Source: Rhodospirillaceae bacterium (GTDB lineage: Bacteria > Pseudomonadota > Gammaproteobacteria > Steroidobacterales > Rariloculaceae). Taken from it: a stretch of DNA of 64,000 nucleotides. Position 1 is the stretch's first letter. The number at the start of each line of letters is the position of its first letter. Under the pieces are notes generated by a model that did not search any database, was not told the DNA's origin, and saw only the letters and a list, made by a program, of their open reading frames with translations. The stretch lies in contig JAHEKF010000002.1 in assembly GCA_024638465.1 (NCBI GenBank), forward strand, positions 18,678-82,677. The letters are read 5' to 3'. The translations under genes were made by a program, and so were the position numbers. Shown piece after piece: positions 16,927 to 25,285 of this stretch.

Positions 16927-17673
16927 GTGTGTCTCGCAGCCTTTTCGCTCCGCTCGTCGGCGCAATATCCGCTCGTATTCGCCGCCAACCGCGACGAGCT
17001 GCACGAACGCCCGAGTTCGGCGGCAGCGTGGTGGGAAGACGAGCCAGGCATTTTCGGTGGCCGGGATCTGGTCGCGGGAGGGACCTGGCTTGCCGTAGAC
17101 CGCCGTGGCCGCCTTGCGGCGGTTACGAATTTTCGTGAAGAGATTCGCGCAGAGTACGAGCGATCCCGGGGGGATCTGGTTCGCGACTACCTGACCGCCG
17201 ACATCGCGGCCGTCGACTATCTGGCATCGCTACGGGAAAACGAGTTCGAGTACGGACCTTACAACCTCATTCTCTTCGACGGTGCCGCAGTCCATCTCGG
17301 AAGCAATCGGTCGCGGGGTCGCAGTCTCGATTCGGGCATTCATGCGGTGAGCAATACGCGTTTCGATACGCCATGGCCGAAAGTCGGTTATGCCCGCTCC
17401 CGGCTCGCTGCCAGCCTCGAAGAACCCGATCCCGAGTTCCCGCTGTTCGAATTTCTGACGGACGAGTCCTATCACGGCGAGGACGATGATGCCGACATGA
17501 CGACGAGAATTCGTTCCACGGTATTCATTAATGACGCTCGCTACGGCACACGCGCATCCACCATAATTCTTCTAACCAGCGACGGGCAGTTGCGGTTTAA
17601 AGAACGACGCTTCGGTGCAAGCGGCGAAGTGCTCGGTGAAAACGCGGAATCGTTCAGGATAGCCGGGTCCTGA
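16927..17673 (+). CDS. NRDE family protein (TANGO2-like, Ntn-hydrolase-like fold)
   Basis: GTG start gives N-terminal MCL (Cys2). The AANRDE motif is present. Starts 3 nt after the FlhC-like stop. Confidence 0.75.
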   Translation: MCLAAFSLRSSAQYPLVFAANRDELHERPSSAAAWWEDEPGIFGGRDLVAGGTWLAVDRRGRLAAVTNFREEIRAEYERSRGDLVRDYLTADIAAVDYLASLRENEFEYGPYNLILFDGAAVHLGSNRSRGRSLDSGIHAVSNTRFDTPWPKVGYARSRLAASLEEPDPEFPLFEFLTDESYHGEDDDADMTTRIRSTVFINDARYGTRASTIILLTSDGQLRFKERRFGASGEVLGENAESFRIAGS

Positions 17674-18316
17674 GCCAACGGCTTATGTCGGCGATCTCCT
17701 CGGGACAGACGGAGTGGGGCATCGGATAGCTCTGCCATTCTACCCCGTACCCTCGCTGTAGCAGCGCTTCCCGTGATACGAGCCCGAGCTTCTCCGGGAG
17801 GACGTTGTCGACCGAGCCGTGCGCCATGAAGATCGGGGTGTTCTGATTCGCCGCATGCTTTTCGTCGTCGAGCGTCCAGCTGAGCGGCAGATAAGTCGAC
17901 AGCGCAAGGATACCCGCGAGTGGTTCCGGATGCCGGAGCCCCTGGTGCAATGCGATCGCACCCCCCTGGGAGAAGCCCGCTAAAAAAATGCGCTCGGACG
18001 CGATTCCGCGATCTCGCTCCGCATCGATCAGCGCTGCGACCGCGGCAGCGCTTTCGCGGATACCCGCCTCGTCCTCGATGTCGGTTCGCGCCAGAGACAG
18101 GATGTCGTACCACGCGCGCATGCGGGCGCCGTTATTGATCGTGACGGCCCGGATCGGCGCATGGGGAAAAACGAAGCGGACGTCGCAGGGCAGCCCGAGC
18201 TGCGGTGCGATCGGCGCGAAGTCGTTGCCGTCCGCACCGAGGCCGTGGAGCCAGATGATACTGGCTTCCGGTGCATCGCCGGTTGCGATCTCGATTGTCT
18301 CCAGTCCTGCGCCCAC
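17654..18316 (-). CDS. Alpha/beta hydrolase, carboxylesterase/phospholipase family
   Basis: WLHGLGADG, nucleophile elbow GFSQGG, and a late HGSVDNV plus H motif. 220 aa. Confidence 0.8.
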   Translation of the reverse strand: MGAGLETIEIATGDAPEASIIWLHGLGADGNDFAPIAPQLGLPCDVRFVFPHAPIRAVTINNGARMRAWYDILSLARTDIEDEAGIRESAAAVAALIDAERDRGIASERIFLAGFSQGGAIALHQGLRHPEPLAGILALSTYLPLSWTLDDEKHAANQNTPIFMAHGSVDNVLPEKLGLVSREALLQRGYGVEWQSYPMPHSVCPEEIADISRWLRTRLS

Positions 18317-18348
18317 GGTGCCTCCGAGCGGATTTCAGCGCTTGCAAT

Positions 18349-18380
18349 AATTGCGCATAAGATCTATCCTATGCGCAATT
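18349..18380. promoter_or_regulatory. Candidate ArgR operator (inverted repeat with ARG-box-like AT-rich flanks)
   Basis: AATTGCGCAT (18349-18358) and ATGCGCAATT (18371-18380) form a perfect 10-bp inverted repeat with a 12-nt spacer. The flanks TGCAATAATT and TTTTATTCAT resemble ARG-box halves. Confidence 0.45.
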
Positions 18381-18400
18381 TTATTCATCGAGTTCAGCCC

Positions 18401-18865
18401 ATGCCCAGCGCCGTTGCCCAACAGCAGGCCCGCCGCCGCGCGATCGCCGCGATCCTGAAGCAGAATACGATCGTCCGTCAGACGGAGCTCGTGAAGCTGC
18501 TTCGGAACGAGGGTTATCACGCGACCCAGTCCAGCGTCAGCCGAGACCTCAAGGACATGGGCGCTGCGAAGCTCAACTCCGGTTACAGCTTGCCGGAACA
18601 ACTCAACGGCGACAACGAGGCTGCGCTCGCGTCAGTCGCCGAGTTCGTGCGCGACATTCGCCCGGCCGGACCCAATATGCTCGTCATCACGACCGCAATC
18701 GGCGCAGCGCAGCGAGTCGCACTCACGCTCGATCGAATCAACTGGCCCGAGATTGTCGGCACGCTGTCGGGGGACGACACAATATTTATCGCGACCACGG
18801 GCGCGTCTCCGCAGCGGCGGGTTAGCTCGCGGCTGCGCCAGAAACTTGCGAAGGCTAAATCATGA
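18401..18865 (+). CDS. argR: Arginine repressor
   Basis: IVRQTELVKLLRNEGYHATQSSVSRDLKDMGA winged-helix region and a C-terminal GDDTIFI motif. The start at 18401 gives an E. coli-like length; ATG 18371 is an alternative. Confidence 0.85.
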   Translation: MPSAVAQQQARRRAIAAILKQNTIVRQTELVKLLRNEGYHATQSSVSRDLKDMGAAKLNSGYSLPEQLNGDNEAALASVAEFVRDIRPAGPNMLVITTAIGAAQRVALTLDRINWPEIVGTLSGDDTIFIATTGASPQRRVSSRLRQKLAKAKS

Positions 18866-20064
18866 GTACAGATCCGATCATTCTGGCGTTCTCGGGCGGG
18901 CTCGACACATCGTTCTGTGTGCCCTGGCTAAAGGAAACCTACGACCGGCCTGTCGTTACTGCGACAGTTAATACCGGAGGCCTGGACGAGGCCGCGACGA
19001 CCGCGCTCGCCGAACGTGCCGGACAACTCGGCGCCAGCGATCACGTTCAGATAGAGGCGCGCGACGAATTCTTCGACGACGTCCTCAAGTTCCTGATCAT
19101 GGGGAACGTGCGACGTGGCCAGCTCTACCCGCTGTGCGTCGGTGCCGAACGCGGAATTCAGGCTGCCTACCTCGCAAAACTCGCGCGAGACCGCGGCGCC
19201 GGGACGGTCGCCCACGGCTGTACAGCCGCGGGTAATGACCAGGTTCGCTTCGAAATCATTCTTAAGGCGCTGGCTCCGGAGCTGGAGGTGCTCGCACCGG
19301 TTCGCGACAACTCCTTTCAGCGCGACGAGCAGCTCGCCTATCTCGCAAAACACGGAATGCCGCCACCCGCGGCGGGTTCCGCTTATTCGATCAATCGCGG
19401 ACTCTGGGGAACAACGATAGGCGGAACCGAGACCCTCGATTCCGTCGAGTCGATTCCCGAGTCGGCCTGGGTCCTTAGCAGCGGCGCATTCGACACGCCT
19501 GCCGAGCCCGAAGAGCTTGCGATCGGGTTCGCCAAAGGCGTGCCGAGCGCATTAAACGGTGAGCCGCTTGCTCCCGTTGCGCTGACCGAGAAACTCGAAA
19601 CGATCGGCGCTCGTTTCGGTATCGGTCGTGGCATTCATCTCGGCGACACGATTCTCGGTACGAAGGGCCGGGTCGCATTCGAGGCGCCCGCTGCCGAAAT
19701 TCTTCTGACCGCTCACCGTGAGCTCGAGAAGCTCACGCTGACGGGCTTGCAGCAGCGTATTAAGGAACCCGTGAGCCTGAACTACGGAGATCTCGTCCAC
19801 GAAGGCAAGCAGCTCGAACCTGCATGCCGTGACATCGAGGCGTTGTTTACCTCGTCGCAGGAACGAGTTACCGGCACTGTCCATTGCGTTTTGCGCCCCG
19901 GAAACGTTTTCGTTACGGGTGTCGAATCGCCGCATTCGCTGATGGCGGCGAGCCGCGGCAAGTATGGCGAAGCTGCGGGCGAATGGACGCCCGCCGACGC
20001 GCTCGGATTCTCCCGCATCCTGTCGCTTCCCGGCATGCTGCACACGCGGGCGAAAGGAGACTGA
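18862..20064 (+). CDS. argG: Argininosuccinate synthase
   Basis: AFSGGLDTS ATP-binding motif. 400 aa. ATGA overlap with the argR stop. Confidence 0.9.
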   Translation: MSTDPIILAFSGGLDTSFCVPWLKETYDRPVVTATVNTGGLDEAATTALAERAGQLGASDHVQIEARDEFFDDVLKFLIMGNVRRGQLYPLCVGAERGIQAAYLAKLARDRGAGTVAHGCTAAGNDQVRFEIILKALAPELEVLAPVRDNSFQRDEQLAYLAKHGMPPPAAGSAYSINRGLWGTTIGGTETLDSVESIPESAWVLSSGAFDTPAEPEELAIGFAKGVPSALNGEPLAPVALTEKLETIGARFGIGRGIHLGDTILGTKGRVAFEAPAAEILLTAHRELEKLTLTGLQQRIKEPVSLNYGDLVHEGKQLEPACRDIEALFTSSQERVTGTVHCVLRPGNVFVTGVESPHSLMAASRGKYGEAAGEWTPADALGFSRILSLPGMLHTRAKGD

Positions 20065-20065
20065 A

Positions 20066-21139
20066 ATGCGCTCACTTGTCGTCGACAAGATCGCGTCGGT
20101 CGCGCTCGAAAGCGAGATCGGCAGCGAAGTTCGCATCAGCCCTGAAATCCCGTGCGAAGAAGGCGTGCTCGTGGCAGTCGAAGTGCTGAACAACAAGTCG
20201 CGCTACAACACCCTGGAGCTAACGAGCGGGCGCATGGCGCAGATCAAGCGTGGTGACATCATTGTCGGTGCGCTTGGACACCGCAAAGCGCTGTTCGGCT
20301 ATTCCGGGCACATTCCGGAGAAGCTGGTCCCTGGCGACGTGATTCAGCTTCTGAACCTCGGTGGCGTGCTCGGCATCTGTGATTCGGTCAATCCGACGCA
20401 GGGGCAGCCGTTCGACTGCCGCGTACTCGGCGTCATTCTGGAGTTTCCCTATCTCGGCGAACGCATCGGCATACCCGCGCGGGTTGGATCGCCCGGACAA
20501 TCACCCGAGGATGGCTTCGACTTCGGCGAGATTCCTGTCGTCGCTATTGCCGGCACCTGCATGGACTCCGGCAAAACGGTCGCAGCGTGCTCGGTTATCA
20601 GTCGCTTCCGTCACAATCGCCAGATCGTCGACGCATTCAAGAGTACCGGCGTCGCGCTGCGGCGTGACATTCTCGCGATGGAAGACGCTGGTGCGCGCAA
20701 CACGGGAATCTTCTCCGACTACGGCGTCGTTGCGACGACGTCCGATAACGCGCCGGACCTGACGCGCATGTTGCTGAGTTCGCTCGCGGCCGAACGACCC
20801 GACATCATAGTGTTCGAGCTCGGCGACGGCCTGCTCGGCGCCTATGGCGTCGAGGCCATTCTCACTGACGAATCGATTCGTGACGCGCTGTCTGCCGTCG
20901 TACTCTGCGCGAACGATCCTGTCGGCGCCTGGGGTGGTGTCCAGCTTCTTCGCGACAACTTCGAGATCGAGCCGACCGTCGTGACGGGTCCGGCAACCGA
21001 CAACGCGGTAGGAATCGAGATCATCGAGAAGCGCTGTAACGTCCCCGCGATCAATGCACTGAGTAACGGCGCCGAACTCGGCGACCTGATCCAGTCGTCT
21101 CTCGGTATAGAAATCGTGCGTGCAGAGACGGGATCATGA
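20066..21139 (+). CDS. Uncharacterised protein embedded in the arginine operon (P-loop-like GTxxxxGKT motif)
   Basis: ATG at 20066 with an AAAGGAGA RBS, 1 nt after the argG stop. Its stop overlaps the argC ATG. Motif VVAIAGTCMDSGKTVAA. No family recognised by eye. Confidence 0.7.
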   Translation: MRSLVVDKIASVALESEIGSEVRISPEIPCEEGVLVAVEVLNNKSRYNTLELTSGRMAQIKRGDIIVGALGHRKALFGYSGHIPEKLVPGDVIQLLNLGGVLGICDSVNPTQGQPFDCRVLGVILEFPYLGERIGIPARVGSPGQSPEDGFDFGEIPVVAIAGTCMDSGKTVAACSVISRFRHNRQIVDAFKSTGVALRRDILAMEDAGARNTGIFSDYGVVATTSDNAPDLTRMLLSSLAAERPDIIVFELGDGLLGAYGVEAILTDESIRDALSAVVLCANDPVGAWGGVQLLRDNFEIEPTVVTGPATDNAVGIEIIEKRCNVPAINALSNGAELGDLIQSSLGIEIVRAETGS

Positions 21140-22197
21140 CCGCCTCCCTGCCTGTCACCGTGCTCGGTGGTACCGGCTACGTTGCCGGGGAACTGCTGCG
21201 TCTGATCAGCGACCATCCACGCTTGCATCTCGGAGCCGCGGTGTCGACGAGTCAGGCAGGCAAGCCTGTCGCTGCCAGCTTCGGGCATCTGGCCGGCATC
21301 TATCCCGACGCGGTCTTCGTGTCCGTTGACGATGCGGTAAACCGCGTCGCAGAAACTGCCGACGGGGTCGTCGTTTCCGCTGCGCCGCACGGCGCCTCCG
21401 CCGACCTCGTGGACAAGCTGCTCAACGCTGCCGAAGCCGCGGGTACCGGCTTGACGATCGTCGACGCATCGGCAGATTTTCGCTATGCCGATTCCGGGAG
21501 TTTCGAAGCCGTCTACAAGCAGCCGCACGAAGCACCGAATCGTCTCGATTCATTTCGCTGCGCAGTTCCCGAACACCTCGATGAGATCGACACGCCGCAC
21601 GCGGCCCAACCCGGCTGCTTCGCGACGACGATGCTTCTCGGGATCGTGCCGTTGCTGGCGATGAATCTTTGTGAACCGAAGTTCTTCGTCAGCGCAATTA
21701 CGGGAAGTACGGGCGCGGGACGCACACCTCGCGATACGACGCACCATCCGTTTCGACAGAGCAATCTCTTCGCCTACAAACCACTTGCGCATCGGCATCA
21801 GCCGGAAGTCGTTACTCTCGCTCGCAATGCAACGAACAAGGAACCTGTTCTGCACTTCGTGCCGCAATCCGGTCCGTTCGCGCGAGGTATACACGCAACG
21901 ATCTTCGCGCCAGCGAAACCGGGGGTCGGCGCTACAGAGATCGAAGCCGCATTGACAGACTACTACTCAAAATCGGTATTCGTATCCGTAGCCGCGGTGC
22001 CACCAAAGCTGAAAGATATCGTCGGCACGAATAACGCGGTTCTGAGCGTAGCAGCGGACGATGAAAGCATCGTTATCTTCAGCGTTCTCGACAACCTGGT
22101 GAAGGGTGCGGCCGGCGGCGCGATCCAGTGGGTTAATCGTCTGCGCGGCTGGCCCGACGCTGAAGGCCTGCGCGTTGCGCCGGCGGGATGGATCTGA
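21136..22197 (+). CDS. argC: N-acetyl-gamma-glutamyl-phosphate reductase
   Basis: LGGTGYVAGELLRL Rossmann motif. Active-site PGCFATT. 353 aa. Confidence 0.9.
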   Translation: MTASLPVTVLGGTGYVAGELLRLISDHPRLHLGAAVSTSQAGKPVAASFGHLAGIYPDAVFVSVDDAVNRVAETADGVVVSAAPHGASADLVDKLLNAAEAAGTGLTIVDASADFRYADSGSFEAVYKQPHEAPNRLDSFRCAVPEHLDEIDTPHAAQPGCFATTMLLGIVPLLAMNLCEPKFFVSAITGSTGAGRTPRDTTHHPFRQSNLFAYKPLAHRHQPEVVTLARNATNKEPVLHFVPQSGPFARGIHATIFAPAKPGVGATEIEAALTDYYSKSVFVSVAAVPPKLKDIVGTNNAVLSVAADDESIVIFSVLDNLVKGAAGGAIQWVNRLRGWPDAEGLRVAPAGWI

Positions 22198-23348
22198 TGA
22201 GCGGCGCACATCTCAACGAAGTCTATCCGACATTGCCTTACAAGCCGGTATCCGGCGCGGGCGTCTATCTCGAAGACGCGGATGGGCGCCGCGTGCTCGA
22301 CCTGTACGGTGGACATGCCGTCGCGGGCCTCGGCTACGGCCACCCTCGACTGACTGAAGCGGTCGTTAATCAGGCTCAGCAGCTGATGTTTCAGAGTAAT
22401 GCCGTGACGATGCGAGTACGCGACGAAGCTGCCGACAAGCTCGCCGCGTTCGCGCCGGATGGTCTCGAGCGCGTATTTTTCGTCAACAGCGGCGCGGAGG
22501 CGAATGAGAACGCGTTGCGCCTCGCGCTTCAGGCGACAGGGCGCGGCAAGATCGTCGCCATGGAGCACGCGTTCCATGGTCGTACTGCAGCTGCGGGCGC
22601 GATTAGCTGGAACTCGCGCGACCGATGGTACGGCTTTCCGCAAACGCCGTTCGATGTCGAATTCGTCCCACGCAACGACGAAGCCGCGCTTGCTGCCGCC
22701 GTCGACAGCGACACAGCCGCCGTCATCATCGAGCCCGTGCAGGGCGTCGCCGGCGCGTTCGATTTCGCCGCGTCGTTCATGCAGGCGACGCGAAGTGCTT
22801 GCGACGCGGCCGGCGCACTGCTGATCCTCGACGAAGTCCAGACCGGGGTCGGCCGGCTAGGCAAACCTTTCGGCGCAGATTTTTTCAACGTCACACCGGA
22901 TCTGCTGACGACGGCGAAAGCGCTCGGCGGTGGATTTCCCTGTGGCGCGGTCATCATGCGCGCTGAACTGGCGGCGGATCTGCAGCCCGGTGCGCTCGGA
23001 TCGACGTTCGGTGGCGGTCCGCTCGCTTGCGCGGCTATCGTCGCCGTCCTCGATACGATCGCCGAGTACGATCTGCTTGCGCAGGTAACCGAAGTCTCGG
23101 CGCGGATCGCCGACACCTGCACCTTCGGTCATGTCACAGGCATCCAGGGCGCCGGTTTTCTACTCGGTCTGCGGACCGCGCAGCGCGCTGCCCTCGTACG
23201 AAATGCGCTGCTCGAGCACAACATCCTTGCCGGGACGAGCAGCGACCCGTACATCCTGCGGCTGCTGCCTGCGCTGATTCTGGAATCGAAACACGTTGAT
23301 AGCCTCGCCGAGGCATTGAAGGAGATTGGCGATGAAACGCTTCAATGA
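22188..23348 (+). CDS. argD: Acyl-ornithine aminotransferase (class III PLP enzyme)
   Basis: NSGAEANE, LILDEVQTGVGRLG and TTAKALGGGFP (PLP lysine) motifs. Lies in the arg operon. Confidence 0.8.
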   Translation: MDLMSGAHLNEVYPTLPYKPVSGAGVYLEDADGRRVLDLYGGHAVAGLGYGHPRLTEAVVNQAQQLMFQSNAVTMRVRDEAADKLAAFAPDGLERVFFVNSGAEANENALRLALQATGRGKIVAMEHAFHGRTAAAGAISWNSRDRWYGFPQTPFDVEFVPRNDEAALAAAVDSDTAAVIIEPVQGVAGAFDFAASFMQATRSACDAAGALLILDEVQTGVGRLGKPFGADFFNVTPDLLTTAKALGGGFPCGAVIMRAELAADLQPGALGSTFGGGPLACAAIVAVLDTIAEYDLLAQVTEVSARIADTCTFGHVTGIQGAGFLLGLRTAQRAALVRNALLEHNILAGTSSDPYILRLLPALILESKHVDSLAEALKEIGDETLQ

Positions 23349-24333
23349 TCTGACCGACTTTTCCAGGGAGGAAATTGCCGATTTGATCGCTCTCGCGAAG
23401 CGGCTGGATGAGCACCCGGAGCCAAGGGCTCTGGAGGGCAAGATTCTGTCACTCCTGTTTCTGAGTCCATCGCTGCGAACGCTCGCTTCTTTTCAGGCGG
23501 CCATGGGCCGGCTCGGAGGCGACTCGTTCGTGATATCGCCGTCGATGTCGATCCACGGTATTGAGACACGCCCGGGCATCGTAATGGATGGCGCGGCAGC
23601 CGAGCATATCCGTGAGGCGGTGCCGGTCATCGCGTCCTACGGCGATGCCATCGGAATCCGCGCATTCGCCGAACGGCGTAGCCTCGACGAAGACCTCGCC
23701 GATCGCGAGTTCGAGAACATGGCGCAACTCGTCGATGTGCCGCTCATCAATATGGAATCCGCGATTCAGCACCCCTGCCAGAATCTCGCCGACTGGAAGA
23801 CGATGGACGACCTGGGCGTTCCGTCCGCGGGTGGCCGCTTCGTGTTGTCCTGGGCCTACCATCCGCGCGCCCTGCCGCTTGCCGTCCCGTCTTCGACCGT
23901 TCAGATGGCTGCGATGCGCGGTATGGATGTGGTCGTACTGAACCCGGAAGGTTTCGACTTGCCGGATTCGATTATTGCGAAAGCTAAAACTGCGGCCGAA
24001 TCGTCCGGTGGCAGCGTGACGACGACGCGCGACCGTAAGGAAGCTATGGAGGGCGCCCACGTCCTGTACGCGAAGTCGTGGTCATCAACCGCTCACTATG
24101 GCGATCGGATCGCCGACGAAGCGCTGCGGGAGGATCTCGTCGATTGGTGTGTTGACGATCCCTGGTTCGAGAATGCCCAGGACAATTGCCGCTTTATGCA
24201 CTGCCTTCCAGTTCGTCGCGGCGTCGTCGTCGCCGATCGAGTATTGGACGGCCCACGTAGCGTCGTACTACCTGAAGCGCGGAACCGCATGGTCGCCCAG
24301 ATGGCCGTCCTGCATCGACTATTGAGTGGGTAA
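23326..24333 (+). CDS. argF': N-acyl-L-ornithine carbamoyltransferase (ArgF' family, AOTCase/SOTCase type)
   Basis: Colinear with the recalled Xanthomonas AOTCase: SPSLRT (vs NPSMRT), VMDG..EH, INMES..HPCQ, WAYHPR, HCLPVRR. This is not the classical OTCase pattern. Confidence 0.8.
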   Translation: MAMKRFNDLTDFSREEIADLIALAKRLDEHPEPRALEGKILSLLFLSPSLRTLASFQAAMGRLGGDSFVISPSMSIHGIETRPGIVMDGAAAEHIREAVPVIASYGDAIGIRAFAERRSLDEDLADREFENMAQLVDVPLINMESAIQHPCQNLADWKTMDDLGVPSAGGRFVLSWAYHPRALPLAVPSSTVQMAAMRGMDVVVLNPEGFDLPDSIIAKAKTAAESSGGSVTTTRDRKEAMEGAHVLYAKSWSSTAHYGDRIADEALREDLVDWCVDDPWFENAQDNCRFMHCLPVRRGVVVADRVLDGPRSVVLPEARNRMVAQMAVLHRLLSG

Positions 24334-24339
24334 GCGATC

Positions 24340-25281
24340 ATGGCCCGACTCTCTGGTAACGAGCGCGCAATCGTCGTCACGGCACTGAAGCATGCGGCAC
24401 CTTATATACGCATGTTCAAAAGGAAAGTGTTCGTGCTGAAAGCCGGTGGCGAAGCATTCCTCTCGCCGGCAACGACTCGCGCAATCGTCGAACAAATCGG
24501 CGTGCTGCACGAGGTCGGTATACGCGTCGTGCTCGTTCACGGCGGTGGACCACAATCCACACGCCTCGCAAAGGAACGCGGTATACCGATCAATATCATC
24601 GACGGACGCCGAGTTACGGACGAGGCGACGCTCGAAGTCACCGCGAGCGTATTCAACGAGCAAATCAATCCTATGATCCTCGAGGCCTGCCGGGAACTCG
24701 CGATCCCGGCCGTCGGCATATGCGCGCCTGATGCCCGCGTGATCAGGGCGCACCGGCGGCCGCCCGTACCGCGCGCGGGTCGTGACGGCGAGACGGTAGA
24801 CTACGGGTTCGTTGGCGATATCGATGGCGTCGATGCCGACATTCTGCTGAAGCAGCTCAATGACGGCCTGATACCTGTTATCAGCCCGATGGCCGCTGAC
24901 GACGACGGGACACTGCTGAATATCAACGCCGACACCGTTGCGGCGGCAGTCGCAGCCGCGGTAGGCGCCGAGAAGCTCATACTCGCAACGACAGCGCCTG
25001 GCATACTCGAGTCGCGTGACGATCCCGGCTCACTGATTTCGTATATCGACATCGCCGGGCTCGCAAAGCTTCGCAAGGAAGGCCGCATCGCCGACGGCAT
25101 GTTGCCGAAAGCGACGGCGATAGAGAAAGCCCTGACCGGCGGTGTTCCGCGCGTACATGTCATATCGAGCGAGTTGCCCGACAGCCTGCTTCTCGAAGTC
25201 TTTACCAATGAGGGCACGGGCACGCTCGTCGTCAACGATATCGGGCATCTGAGTCCCGAAGAACAGACGAGTTCGGAGTAG
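24340..25281 (+). CDS. argB: Acetylglutamate kinase (kinase only, no GNAT domain)
   Basis: VLKAGGEA, VLVHGGGPQ and NINADT motifs. The N-terminal extension is typical of arginine-sensitive NAGK. 313 aa. Confidence 0.9.
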   Translation: MARLSGNERAIVVTALKHAAPYIRMFKRKVFVLKAGGEAFLSPATTRAIVEQIGVLHEVGIRVVLVHGGGPQSTRLAKERGIPINIIDGRRVTDEATLEVTASVFNEQINPMILEACRELAIPAVGICAPDARVIRAHRRPPVPRAGRDGETVDYGFVGDIDGVDADILLKQLNDGLIPVISPMAADDDGTLLNINADTVAAAVAAAVGAEKLILATTAPGILESRDDPGSLISYIDIAGLAKLRKEGRIADGMLPKATAIEKALTGGVPRVHVISSELPDSLLLEVFTNEGTGTLVVNDIGHLSPEEQTSSE

Positions 25282-25285
25282 GACG

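Noticed and set aside
15639-17673. The possibility that the FlhDC-like locus marks an integrative conjugative element or genomic island.
   Set aside because: No integrase, relaxase, T4SS, partition or replication genes, tRNA attachment site or flanking direct repeats are visible. The composition does not look different from the neighbours by eye. A decayed remnant cannot be excluded without comparative genomics.
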